Positions 10,174 through 22,626 of a DNA stretch of 64,000 nt are shown here, piece by piece. Both the position numbers and the translations under genes were made by a program. How positions within the stretch are numbered: position 1 is the first letter of the stretch; the number at the start of each line of letters is the position of its first letter. Origin of the DNA: Macrostomum lignano (taxonomy: Eukaryota); the NCBI GenBank assembly GCA_002269645.1, contig NIVC01001878.1, positions 17,946 to 81,945 on the forward strand. The letters run 5' to 3'. A model generated the notes under the pieces. The model had not been told where the DNA came from, made no database searches, and saw only the letters and a list, made by a program, of their open reading frames with translations.

Positions 10174-12090
10174 CCTTGACAACTCAGCAATTCCCCCCAG
10201 TAAGCCTTGACATCTCAGCAATTCCCCCAGTAAGCCTTGACATCTCAGCAATTCCCCCCAGTAAGCCTTGACATCTCAGCAATTCCCCCCAGTAAGGCTT
10301 GACATCTCAGCAATTCCCCCAGTAAGCCTTGACATCTCGGCAATTCCCCCCGGTAAGCCTTGACATCTCGGCAATTCCCCCCAGTCAAGCCTTGACATCT
10401 CGGCAATTCCCCCCGGTAAGCCTTGACATCTCAGCAATTCCCCCAGTAAGCCTTGACATCTCAGCAATTCCCCCAGTAAGCCTTGACATCACAGTGCAGT
10501 AATTCCCCCAGTAAGCCTTGACATCTCACCAATTCCCCCAGTAAGCCTTGACATCTCAGCAATTCCCCCAGTAAGCCTTGACAACTCAGCAATTCCCCCA
10601 GTAAGCCTTGACATCTCAGCAATTCCCCCAGTAAGCCTTGACATCTCAGCAATTCCCCCAGTAAGCCTTGACAACTCAGCAATTCCCCCCAGTAAGCCTT
10701 GACATCTCAGCAATTCCCCCAGTAAGCCTTGACATCTCAGCAATTCCCCCAGTAAGCCTTGACATCACAGTGCAGTAATTCCCCCATAAGCCTTGACATC
10801 TCAGCAATTCCCCCAGTAAGCCTTGACATCTCAGCAATTCCCCCAGTAAGCCTTGACAACTCAGCAATTCCCCCCAGTAAGCCTTGACAACTCAGCAATT
10901 CCCCCCAGTAAGCCTTGACATCTCAGCAATTCCCCCAGTAAGCCTTGACAACTCAGATTCCTCCTATAAGCCTTGACATCTCAGCAATTCCCCCAGTAAG
11001 CCTTGACAACTCAACAATTCCCCCCAGTAAGCCTTGAAAACTCAGCAATTCCCCCAGTAAGCCTTGACATCTCAGCAATTCCCCCAGTAAGCCTTGACAA
11101 CTCAGCAATTCCCCCCAGTAAGCCTTGACATCTCAGCAATTCCCCCAGTAAGCCTTGACATCTCAGCAATTCCCCCAGTAAGCCTTGACATCTCAGATTC
11201 CTCCTATAAGCCTTGACATATCAGCAATTCCCCCAGTAAGCCTTGACAACTCAGCAATTCCCCCCAGTAAGGCTTGACATCTCAGCAATTCCCCCCAGTA
11301 AGCCTTGACATCTCAGCAATTCCCCCAGTAAGCCTTGACATCTCAGCAATTCCCCCAGTAAGCCTTGACATCTCAGCAATTCCCCCAGTAAGCCTTGACA
11401 TCTCGGCAATTCCCCCCGGTAAGCCTTGACATCTCGGCAATTCCCCCCAGTCAAGCCTTGACATCTCGGCAATTCCCCCCGGTAAGCCTTGACATCTCAG
11501 CAATTCCCCCAGTAAGCCTTGACATCTCAGCAATTCCCCCAGTAAGCCTTGACATCACAGTGCAGTAATTCCCCCAGTAAGCCTTGACATCTCACCAATT
11601 CCCCCAGTAAGCCTTGACATCTCAGCAATTCCCCCAGTAAGCCTTGACATCTCAGCAATTCCCCCAGTAAGCCTTGACATCTCAGATTCCTCCTATAAGC
11701 CTTGACATATCAGCAATTCCCCCAGTAAGCCTTGACAACTCAGCAATTCCCCCCAGTAAGCCTTGACAACTCAGCAATTCCCCCCCAGTAAGCCTTGACA
11801 TCTCAGCAATTCCCCCCAGTAAGCCTTGACATCTCAGCAATTCCCCCAGTAAGCCTTGACATCTCAGATTCCTCCTATAAGCCTTGACATATCAGCAATT
11901 CCCCCAGTAGGCCTTGACATCTCAGCAATTCCCCCAGTAAGCCTTGACAACTCAGCAATTCCCCCAGTAAGCCTTAACATCTCAGCAATTCCCCCAGTCA
12001 AGCCTTGACATCTCAGCAATTCCCCCAGTAAGCCTTGACATCTCAGCAATTCCCCCAGTAAGCCTTGACATCTCAGCAATTCTCCAGTAA
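10174..12090 (+). repeat. ~31-33-bp minisatellite array, right portion
   Basis: Roughly 60 units of AGTAAGCCTTGACATCTCAGCAATTCCCCC(C) with recurring variants. Confidence 0.95.
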
Positions 12091-12745
12091 GTCACATCGG
12101 CTTGTGAAACATATCTCAGACAAAATGCTTACTTGCTTCATTTGGAATTTGAAAGTCCAGAATATGTGAGGGTACACGTTGAAGCAATTTTAGTTCCAAA
12201 GAGACTGAAAACGCCGCGTAAAACTGCATGGCCTCCGCCCTCCGGAGAAATTTGGCGCATTTAAACCGAAGTGTAGTCTGGCGTTGCAGTGGACCGAAAT
12301 GTTATACTGTTAATTTGTTTTTTTTACTAGACATTTGCCTTCTTTAATTACGCGTACACAAACGTAATTCTTTTTAGCTGATAAATTAATTTTAATTTGA
12401 TGCAATTCATAAATTGCACAGACAACATTTTTTCATCTGCAATGATCTCATGGATAGTTTAGCGCGATATGCCGATATTACTAAAACCAAGCTTGGAACA
12501 TTTTTCTGTCACCTGCAAAAGTCTTTTGACGCACTAATATAGTCCTCAGTCTCAAGCAATTAAGCAATTAATTAAACTGCTGCAATTCTTTTATTTGTAG
12601 AAAAGTGCTTCATCATTTCCTACTTAATGGTTCAATCTTACGGCATGCATTTTAAATGTTGTCGCGCCTTTCTTATTCATTTCTTTAGTTCGTCAGCATT
12701 GATTGGTCTCTGTCTACTCTGTGTTCTCTCTTATCTGTTACTTTA

Positions 12746-13238
12746 GGGGGTCGCTTTCATAAGACCGAAATTTCACAACGCCGAAAACTCAAAATGCAGG
12801 GCCCTTCATAAGACCGAAACTTCATAAGACCGAAATTTCACAACGCCGATAACTGCTGCACGATCCTTCATAAGATCGAAACTATTAAGTTTTATTTAGT
12901 CAAAAATTTTCTTCCAATGTATAAAAATGATGTCGATTTCGGTCATTTGTAAATCTTGAGTATGTATTTGTTGTACTTAAGTTTCCGCCATTTTTATTTT
13001 ACGTTTTTAAACCATTAATTTTCTTCGCCCGCCGACTGTATGAACCTCATTGACTCAACTTTTTAAGCTTGAAATTTAACGTTTGAGGTTTGAGGCTCGT
13101 GCAAATAGCCAATTAGATTAATCTAATATCTAATTATTAGTTCTTAGTTATTTGTATTAGTAAGACCCTAGGTCTTATGAAGGGCCCTGCATTTTGAGTT
13201 TTCGGCGTTGTGAAATTTCGGTCTAATGAAACCCCCCC
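12746..13238. mobile_element. MITE with ~65-bp TIRs and GGGGG/CCCCC ends
   Basis: TTTCATAAGACCGAAATTTCACAACGCCGAAAACTCAAAATGCAGGGCCCTTCATAAGACC near 12755 is mirrored at ~13170-13231; TTTA on both flanks (possible 4-bp TSD). Superfamily uncertain. Confidence 0.7.
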
Positions 13239-13314
13239 TTTAGGGAGCACGGAAATTTCCCGCCGAGGTTTGCCCGCAGGGTCCCAATCGGAATTTCAAG
13301 TCAAATCCAGGCGT

Positions 13315-14675
13315 TAAGCCTCCGGGCCTCAGTTCTGAGAAATAAATCAATTAGTGTCCCCCCACTCCTGTCAGATGGTCAGCCCCATGGTGAGCTTGAT
13401 CGTGTGGCGAGCAGTCTAGGTCCTATAGCTAAGAGAGGGACAGCGAGAGACAAGCAGGGAGAATTTTGAAGGTAGAGATCAGCTAATCCGCAGATTAACT
13501 AACCCGCTGCCACCAGCCCGTGTGTCCTGGCTCACCAAACCGGGACTCTCGAAATCGGGCTTCCGACTAGAAGGGGCTTTGCACTTTACCTGCCAACTAG
13601 TGTCCTTTTGCTGTCAATCTCGAAGTCATAGCCGATGATAAGGGACTCTGCTGGGACGTGATCGCATTGGCCATGCAGGTACAGAGGGGACTTGTGCAGG
13701 GGATTCTTGCAGTGTCGAGACTATGAGGTACTGTAGCTACATGTACATGTATTTAAATTGCTAAATAAGAGGGATTGTATTTTCGGCCTTCAACGCGCTA
13801 ACCGGCCTCTCGTAGCGCTGATGATAAACTTACTCAAACTTTAGAGACCGCATGATTCATTACCCGAGCCGCTTGGCGAACCTAGAGTGCACAAAGTACA
13901 TCTCTGGTGCCGGTTTTGCACTAATTGGCAATTTTGCTCACTGATTTGATAGATTGATCGACTGAGAACTGCCTTGCCATTGGTCCACTGTGACCGGCGC
14001 CTACTAGCTTAGCCACTCATCTGAGCCATCGGCGAACAAAGAAATAAAACCGATAGAAATAACTGCCAGATTTAACCTTCTCACTGAATTAATTCACACC
14101 TCAGATTAAATTGGAGCTTCTGACTACTAACAGTATCATTGAATGATTTCTGCCTCAATAACAGCACTACTGAACAAAATGAGCAAAAGTGTGCGCCTAA
14201 TCCAGCTACTGAAATAGGGGACAGATAATTAAGGAATCACCCAATCAAGCAAGTCTAGGTAGCCTCTCACCCAACCAATCAGAAACCAGCCGGGAGACCA
14301 TGCAGGTAATCCACAGTGACCAAATCGGCTTAGTGCTTCGCAGCTGTAGGTCCGGAATGATGCTGTCCACAATCGTTGCAGATAGCTAGCAGGTGATGGA
14401 CTTGGTCCCGAAGAAGTCAACTGGGGGAGATGTTCTCAGTGACGAGAGGGGAGATGTCGTAGTCCGGGGGGGTCGCAAATCCAAGGGGAGTGAGACCGGG
14501 GATGCTTCTAGAGCCAGTCCGAGCGTCTAGAGCAGGGTCAGAGTGGGAAGAAGTGAAAGGTTGGTTCCGAGCGGGCCAAAACATCGGCTTAAATGGTCGC
14601 CAACTGGACCTTATAACCTAGTTTGTTATAATGAAACACCTCGACGCTGATTGGCTGAGCTTGTTGCCACCCAAC
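13315..14675 (-). repeat. Copy 1 of an unclassified ~1.4-kb dispersed repeat (LTR/promoter-like)
   Basis: Multiple blocks are similar to 36140-37555 in the opposite orientation. Confidence 0.65.
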
Positions 14676-15739
14676 TGAAGTGATCAAAAGATCCTATCAG
14701 TTCCCTCGCGGCCATAAAAATACGCCAGGTATTGTCATAAATCACTCAAAATCGCTACATAATGATTTATGGCTTTTTGCGTAGGAATTACTGCAAACAT
14801 TTATAAAAAATATGCACTAGAAGGTCTCATTATGTAGAAAGAAGATGATGAAGAGAAATCGATAATCGCTAATCCAAAAGTACTTTTAGGGATAAAACGC
14901 ATGCTGTCAAAGCTGACAAACGCTTGAGAAAACACGAACAACAGGCCCTGACCTCATAAATCTGATGGCCTGCCAAAAATGATGAGAAAAAGCCAACCGC
15001 CCGCATCTTCTCAGACCATCTGGCGCCAGCTTCAACACTGAGTGAGATGCAGGTGGCTGTCAGACACACCTACAAGCAATGATTTATGACCCAAAAAGTA
15101 CCGAAAACCACGCCTATGCTATAATGACTACAAATATGGCAAAATCATATAGCTATAAAAATCCTACTTGTATGAATTCGAGTAAAATTACAGAAAAGAA
15201 AGAAGTGGGAAGAATGCCCATATAGCCTGCTATCAGTAGGCTAACAAGTTTAGAACCCATATGTGAGCATGAGATATGGAAAAAAATGCGTCCTCATCAT
15301 ATTGACATAATACGAGTATATCCCCCTCTGGGCCCTGAGCCCCATTTTTGTCTGTTTTTATTGCTTTTAAATCTAATTAAACACTCATTCATGATTATAC
15401 ACTGTAATTATTTTCAAGGACTACTTAAGTAGTTAAGTAGTTAAGTAGATATATATGTTAATTTAGTCGTCCTTAATTATTTTTTTATTACACAATTAGC
15501 AGCTCTTGAGAGCTCAGCTATCTGTTTTGGCAGGACAATGAGTACAACCAACGTAGATACTACTAGTGCCGTCATGAGGGATGTGCATGCATGTAATGCT
15601 CACTCAATGGTTCTCAGATGGATTAATTAGAGAGCTGAGAGCAACCTTTTTTTCTTTTTTAGAACTTTCATCATTTTAGAAACAGTAGTTTCTGTACGAG
15701 CACTGCAAGCTGTTGAAACCCGCGGATTTTGAACCCGTG

Positions 15740-16025
15740 GAATTCCAATTTCCGGAACTATTTTTGCATGTACATGTACTCTAAAATCTGAAGTCATACT
15801 CAAACAAAAACTTGTTAATAGTTAGGATAGAGGTAAACATAAAATGGAGTAAATGCGTGAAATTAAGATTTGAAGCAAGCATTGATCTCATTGGCTGGAC
15901 TGCTGCGCAGAATGTCAGGCAATGTCTTTCGAAAACATGTACATGTATTGGCAAACTCTGGCCTCCGTCTCTGCCTCTCTCTATGTCCCTGATCAGATCC
16001 TTTGAAACTTCTATCTTCTCTTCTG

Positions 16026-16056
<31 letters not shown>

Positions 16057-16061
16057 CTTTA

Positions 16062-16134
<73 letters not shown>

Positions 16135-16540
16135 ATTTCTTCTATCCTCTCTCCTTTCGACTCTGTAATCTCTTCCCTCTCCTCTCTCCTCTCGTCTTCG
16201 TCTATGCAATCTTTTTCTCTCTTCTCTCTTCTCTCTCTTCTGTTCTCTCTACTCTCACATATCTCGTCTCTGCTCTCTCATCTCTTCTTTCTTCTCTTTC
16301 ATCTCTCCCAACTCATCTCTTCTCTCTTCTTTCATCCTTCCTCTCGCCTCTCTCCCCTCTTCTATCGTCGCTTCCCTCTCAGCTTCTCTCTCGTCTCCTC
16401 TCTCCTCTCGTCTCCTCTCTCCTCTTTGCTCTCCTCTCTTATCATTCCTCTCTCCTGTCTCATCTCTCCTGGCTCATCCCTCCTGTCTCATCTCTCCTCT
16501 CTTCTCTCTGCTCACTCATCTCCACTCTATAATCTCTTCC
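15740..16540 (+). repeat. Dispersed repeat leading into a (CT)n microsatellite and CT-rich tract
   Basis: The ~250-bp head (GGAATTCCAAT...GAACTATTTTT...ACATGTATTGGCAAACTCTGG) recurs at 38940-39150 and partly at ~43795-43875. In both long copies it runs into (CT)n. Confidence 0.75.
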
Positions 16541-16991
16541 GTTCCGCACGGAAATGAGTTCCGGCGCTGGCTGGTTCACCCTGTCGATTCTTGCAGCAGT
16601 TTGTGTGCAGATCTGCACAAGCCAACTCTCTGCAGGCATAAAGCTTAGCCAGCTTCAAGTCCTCCTTTATATTCCCTACTAGTATGACCACCGTCTTATA
16701 CGGTCTGACCTCGCCATCGCCCACACGGTAGTTGACGCTTTAAACTACGGAGTTCATGGCAGCTAATTCTAAAGATTGCAAGCTTGCTAAACTCGCTAAA
16801 AGGCATTGGAAGCAACTCGACAGCAATGTGGGTTCGTGATGCAGAAATATATTTCAAAGATGCTTTTAGGTCAAATTATTTGGAATCAGGGAGCGCAATA
16901 GAATGTACTGTATCTTAAATGCAGCGCACCGGTTGGCTGTGAGGAAGCTCTTCGTGCTTTGTGCTCTCACAGAACTCCACTCAGGTTATCC

Positions 16992-17071
16992 CATAGAAAT
17001 CTAGAATACTAGAAACTAGAATTTGGCGCAGAAGAATACTAGAAATCTAGTTAGTATTCTAGATTTCTATG
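16992..17071. repeat. 80-bp hairpin with a 20-bp perfect inverted repeat (mini-MITE remnant)
   Basis: CATAGAAATCTAGAATACTA ... TAGTATTCTAGATTTCTATG. Confidence 0.6.
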
Positions 17072-17989
17072 TATTTAACTGAGAAAAACCTTGGGTAGAA
17101 GAGCCCGCACAGCTTCAGACGTGAATTTTTCCGGCCATAAATACATCCAAAACTGATCAATCTTCCATATAACTAAATCTGAATAAAAACTCGGCTCAGG
17201 CACGGCTCGAAATCTGACAAAATGACATTGTAAAGTCTCTCCGACTTTTTGGTCTGGGATAAATTGTTTGCGATTGCTGTGCCCGGTCGCGACCTGGCTA
17301 CCATTTCTATTCATCCAACTCCGATTCATTCAGAAAATTTCCTTTTGTTTACTCAAGTTATTTCTCCCATTCTGACGCACGCACACAGCATTCGAATTCG
17401 CGCTAATATGAGGGGGCGCGGCCCACCACAGAGACTATATGGGATGGGGCGCCAGAAAATCCATCACGCGTGCTCATGGAGAGTAATTACCCGCGTTCTG
17501 AAAGATTGGTTCTGGTCCTAGGGTTCCTTCTTTGGTCTGTGCTGGGAGGGCAGCCTTATTTAGTTAATAATTACTCTAGGATAGCTTGTTGGACAGTGAG
17601 GTAAAGCGGTTATAAGACAAGGTTAATTATAACAAGTACCAGAAATATTTACTGGCTTTAATTGTCACACTTCTAGCAGAATATCTAGCAGAATAGGGTA
17701 TATTCAGTTGCATTGCAAGCCCGTAAAGCTTATTATAAACAGTTTTGTTCGACATGCATGCAGTCTCCTCAGTCATTGACACGTAAAACGTCAGAAGAGT
17801 TGATCTGCTTGTCTCTATTGAAACCTCACACTGTCATCAAGTCACACCACGGAGGTTCAAAGCGACAAAAGTCGTCAGATCAAGCTAAAGTTTTCTTCAG
17901 TTTATGCTGTTTTGAGTGGGCCTAATTAGGCCTCTTAAATTGCAATATCTTCGGCTTTCAGTTAAAAAAAGAAATTCCAGATACTCGAA

Positions 17990-18250
17990 GGGTTTGCAGC
18001 CTGGTGGTTAGAGCGTCAGACTCACGACTGAAAAAGTCAGGGGTTCGATTCTCGATCTCTCTCGGAATTTGTGTCCTTGAGCAAAACACCTTTTACCCAC
18101 TGCAGCTGTAATATGGGTGCCAGCATTAGCTGGGGCAATTGACAGTGTATGGCGACCCCCAGGCTTTGGACTGAACAGCCTTCAGAATTCCGGTGCGTCG
18201 CTCAATAGCTGTGGCTGAGCTCTCGGTTGCACATCTGCCCATTAGTGCAG
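17990..18250 (+). mobile_element. tRNA-derived SINE
   Basis: Pol III A box TGGTGGTTAGAGC (18002-18014), B box GGTTCGATTC (18042-18051), central TGTGTCCTTGAGCAAAACAC motif typical of conserved-core SINEs; the 3' half recurs at 49737-49908. Confidence 0.75.
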
Positions 18251-18665
18251 ACTCAATGTGCCGGGGAACTCAATTATTATTATTACGAGCTGTAGATCAA
18301 AAGGGGAAATACGTCTGTTGAGAAACCTGTCTGCCTGCGAGCCTGAAGCACAGCTTCTTCTATATGATAAGTTAGAGCTCGCACTGGACCTCAATATCAC
18401 TGGCGTGGCCGAAAGGAACTGAAAGCGGTTCCTGAAAGTGGGATGTTGAGGAAAGACTTTGGTGCGATCGTAATGGGTCGAGTTTCTAGCGATGGAACTG
18501 CCGGTCAGCTGATGGTATTTCTGTGCAACACCTGGCGCAGGTGCTTGAATATCAGGAAAAGAATCTCTGCGGACCCATCCTACATCCAGAAAGCTGTGCA
18601 ATTCGCGCCCTACGGCTGGCAGGACGGCTCTCAGAAAGAGTTCGGCATCATCCGATCTAAAACCT

Positions 18666-18792
18666 GTGCCCAATCCTGAAGACAGCTCTGATGTGGTCTT
18701 CCAGCGACACCTGGATAACAGCCTTTCGTTCGCACAGAACTGGGACACCTACGTGAGGGGATTCGGAGATCCCAGCGGCAACTACTGGATGG
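18666..18792 (+). CDS. Fibrinogen-related domain (FReD) exon; 5' boundary uncertain, other exons not found
   Basis: VVFQRHLDNSLSFAQNWDTYVRGFGDPSGNYWMG matches the FReD VFQRR.DGS..F...W..Y..GFG...G.YWLG motif and ends at a phase-1 G|GTGAG donor. Confidence 0.65.
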
Positions 18793-20029
18793 GTGAGCGG
18801 GTGGGTGACCCAGAGCCCATCTGGTTGGTAATCCAACGCAATTCAAGAGTACTGTGTGATGCAGTGAGCAGGTACTGGTGAGGGCGAGAGGCAGAGACAG
18901 CTCTTTTACAGCACATTTGAATTGCAAGCCCAGTACAAAGTTTAGCGGGTGGCAAGCTCCAAGTCACCACGTGTACAATCCGGGCCCCCAGACCAGAAGG
19001 GATGGGAGTGTACATTGTATGTACGATTATTCCTTTCTTTTTAATTAGCCAACTTAACTCAGCCCAACGACGAACGCCATCCATGCAAGCATCGCCAAGC
19101 AATCGCATGCAAATGCAATGCGGTATGCAGCTTAATCTGAAGAATTTTGGTTCAAAAGTGTCGGCGGGCAAACTTTGGCGGGCAAACGTCGTACCCCTAT
19201 GGTAAGATGGGGTTGTAGATGTGTTTTCGTATTTCTCAATAAACCGCTCAGCTTGCCTACCTTCCCTTTCCACCCCTTATGGGGTGAAAAGCGGTCATCA
19301 ATAGTTGCAGCCGAGGCAGTCTTAGCTGCCAGCTGCAACCCGCTTCGCGCTCAGAAAGGCAGGCTAGTGCTCGTCCTCGCGGGTTTGGGTCCAGGGTCAA
19401 TTTTGGTTGACGTCCTGGCGATACATACTATAGAAATGATCCCTAAAAGTATGATCTTGAAGATTGAGTGGCAATTTCAACTGGCATATGTGTGACCACT
19501 GGTAACATGGTGAATGAAAACTTCGTTTTCGTAAACTCGCTAATTTGAAATTTCTTTGACCTGAGTACTAGGCCGTTAAAATATTATTATAAACTCATAA
19601 ATACACGGTTCACCTACTTTTCCAATTGGATTTGATGTTTACTGCTATTGTATCAGTGTTCAAACAATTAGACGAGTAGGGGGTCAAATATACTACACGC
19701 ATAATACGTCGTGCTACTTAAAGTAGACGAAAAGCTTTTATTTTGAAAAATCTGTAATTTATTAATTGACGGGTCTCCGACTGTTGGGCTGCCTTACTGG
19801 AGGCGCTTCTCGGGTTGTGCGCGCAATCCAATTGACCTGCCGTACTCGGGTACAATTATTAAATGCCCCCTCACCGGAAGTGATGTGCATTCTAAAAATA
19901 ACTTCTTTCTGCCCTGCCCGGCCAGTTTTGATGCCTGCAGCCCGGCCCTGATGATCGAGGCTGAGCCGTTGAGCCCCAGGTACTTGTAAATGTATGGTGA
20001 TCGTCCATTAATTATTTGTGTTTTTATCC

Positions 20030-21067
20030 TATAAGAGTTAGAAATCTGAAGTTTTGACCCCAAGTTAGAAGATAGGTAGAAATTTATGAAAAGCCCAGGC
20101 GCAGTGAAGGGCGAGGCAGAAGAGTACAATGGAACCCCTATATAGCTATTAGAAGAGCAAACAGAAGCAGCTTTAAGATAATTAATCAACTGTCAAGTCA
20201 ATTTGAATAGCCGAATCTAACAAAGCCTCCTTCCATTCCAGTTAGTAGCGTCACCCCGCCGCAGGCACAATGGCGACTAAACCGGCCGGGAAAAGCAAAC
20301 TGAGCAGCAGCCTGACTTAGAGAACAACGCGGCACGCGGCATCTTCTGGCGCACCCTGAGGGAGAAAACGTGAGGCCCACCTAGAGACTCCTACCCAACC
20401 CGAAGCTGCCCAAGAAGGCGAGATCAACCCCAAGCTGCCTGACAACCGAGAGAAACAGAGGACTGTTTAATCATTCATGGACAGAGTGTAGAGACGGAAA
20501 ACTAAGCACTTTTTCTATAATCTTTCTATCCCAAATTTTATCCAACTCAACACATAGATTTGCGAAAGCCCGAATAATCTCTAACCTTCACACTTAGCAA
20601 CCTACTAGAACTAACTAAATTCATGTACAATTAGGGGACTGAGTCCCAGTTTGTTATTGCTCAAAACCCCCCGCCGTTGCTAACAACGCGAAGACACCCC
20701 ACCGGCGGCGGGGGAGGCCAAACATGCTAATTGGTACAAATAGACGCTCATCTCAAACTGGAGCGGCGCTTCGTTTTTTTCCTGCGCAGTTATTCGATCT
20801 TGAATTGCTCCATTTGAATTAGTTTCTGGATTATCCAGTTGGCAGAAACCCGAGTCTCAAATCGATCATTTGCCTTAACTGTGACATAGGGCAAATCTTA
20901 GGGAGACTCCAACTCAGCTTAGATACTAGGAGATCCCGTCAGTTTATACGGTCTTCTCTGACGGCCTGATAGGAGAGACTAAGAGCTGTAAGAACCTTAG
21001 ACCGCTAGACATCTATCTTAAGAAAGTGAGAACGCGAACTCAAAGGCCCCAGAGAAAGACGCGTATA
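20030..21067 (+). repeat. 5' LTR of element 2 (TATA...TATA termini)
   Basis: Direct repeat of 32779-33816; boundaries set by where identity ends and by the TSD. Confidence 0.93.
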
Positions 21068-21069
21068 AG

Positions 21070-21082
21070 TGGTTCCCTGACC
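21070..21082 (+). promoter_or_regulatory. Primer-binding site TGGTTCCCTGACC (tRNA-Glu(CUC)-type)
   Basis: 2 nt after the 5' LTR; 13-nt complement of the ...GGUCAGGGAACCA 3' end of metazoan tRNA-Glu(CUC). Confidence 0.8.
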
Positions 21083-22626
21083 TCGGAGTCATCTGATCAA
21101 CAGCTCTTCGATTTTCACCTGACGAGATCGCCCGGTATGGCTGAGTAACTTCATCGGCGGAGGACGGAGCGTGGAAGGCCAGGATGAGTGCAGTCACCTT
21201 TTAATTCTCTTTCTACGTAATTACTCTGTGTCGTAGAAGGACACAAACGCGTCCTTATTCAAAAAGAAAAAATTGATAAAATGCTAAAACGAACAAAAAA
21301 AATTGATAAAATTCGAAAACTAACAAAAACAATTAACTGTATTACCTTCCCTGGTGATGAACAGCGTTTCACTGCCAGTGGACACATAGACTAACCATAC
21401 TTTATCTGTTCGCGTAGAAGAGAATTTAATCAATTTTAATCACTTAACACTGTCTAAGAGGGTAGCTACCTGGATACCATAATTGATTTTGTCTAACAAT
21501 TGAATAATCATTTTCTGTTGAAACGGATCCGTAATTTATAATCCAGCCACAAGGTATGGCAATAATCCAGCCACAAGCTATGGCAAGTACCGTGCACGGG
21601 AATTACTTTTGATCACTTTAATCGACTGATCACTAAGGAGCTCACTTTACTAATTGCGCGCGCGAGTTTGGCCCGCGGGAAGGCAGGTCCTTGCGGGGAG
21701 AGTTCTACTCTCGGCAGCAGGGTTGACGTAAAGAATAGAGGTGCGAGTCACTGAGATGTCCTTATCCGGATCGGGCATCTCCCTGCCTAGCACTTCCATT
21801 CTGCACAGACGCCCGCCCGTGTCACTGCACCCTGCCAGTGTAGTGTCTTAGGGTTGTTAAACTAACACGTCTGCCCCACCAGGCATAGCTACATAAACCC
21901 TCGTTAATACTGAGCTCACTTTTCAAGGCATCTCAAGCCAACATAATACTGCTAACAGCGGGAAAGCCCGCAGAAATGAGTGATACTAAAAATAACTACA
22001 GCATTCCGCTATTTCCAGCTGCGCAACCTTAGCCATTCCAGGAGAAGCGCTACTTTTGATTGAATTATATTGTTAACCATTTATTAGGCGCACATAACAA
22101 AGCCAAGCAGAATCAATTCAAATGAAATTGTCCAGTTGCCTTCGAATTCATAGCTGCACCGGCACACTCCAAAGCCTGCGGGCACAGTCAATTTAATTCT
22201 CAATAAGTACACATCTTGCGTTATATTGCATAAACGTTAAATGCGGAATTTTGTTTTATTGCTTGAAATGACAGTCACTATGACAAAATGCATATAGCAA
22301 CACTATAATTATTTTACAACAAATGCGAATTGTTTGGTACAACAAAAACCCACCCCGACTGCACCGCCTGAGCCTGAAGCGTATCCTAACCTCTGCCCCT
22401 TCTCAATTTGTCTATTTAAAACCGTTTAATTGCTCACTAGCAGACCAGCACTGCCAACGATATTTTGTTTGTCTTTTATTATACTACTTGCAACCTGAAT
22501 CGTACCAATTTTTTGCGGCCCACACCGCAACGTTTACAAGCGCATCCTCACTTTTTGGAAGATTACCAAGCTCCAGACCCTACAGGTCTACCTAACAATC
22601 GACGTACTGCCCAAGCCAGAAGGCGC

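Noticed and set aside
10174-12090. CRISPR array (also considered for 47.2, 47.9, 53.9, 57.3 and 63.5 kb)
   Set aside because: Units are head-to-tail with no unique spacers, there are no cas genes, and the context is eukaryotic.
17990-18070. Functional tRNA gene
   Set aside because: It has A and B boxes but no proper cloverleaf or poly-T terminator, and it continues into SINE body sequence.
19794-20380. Minus-strand ORFs in or across the LTRs (also 32735-33129)
   Set aside because: They cross the LTR boundary into different flanks, show no protein features, and are duplicated only because the LTR is.
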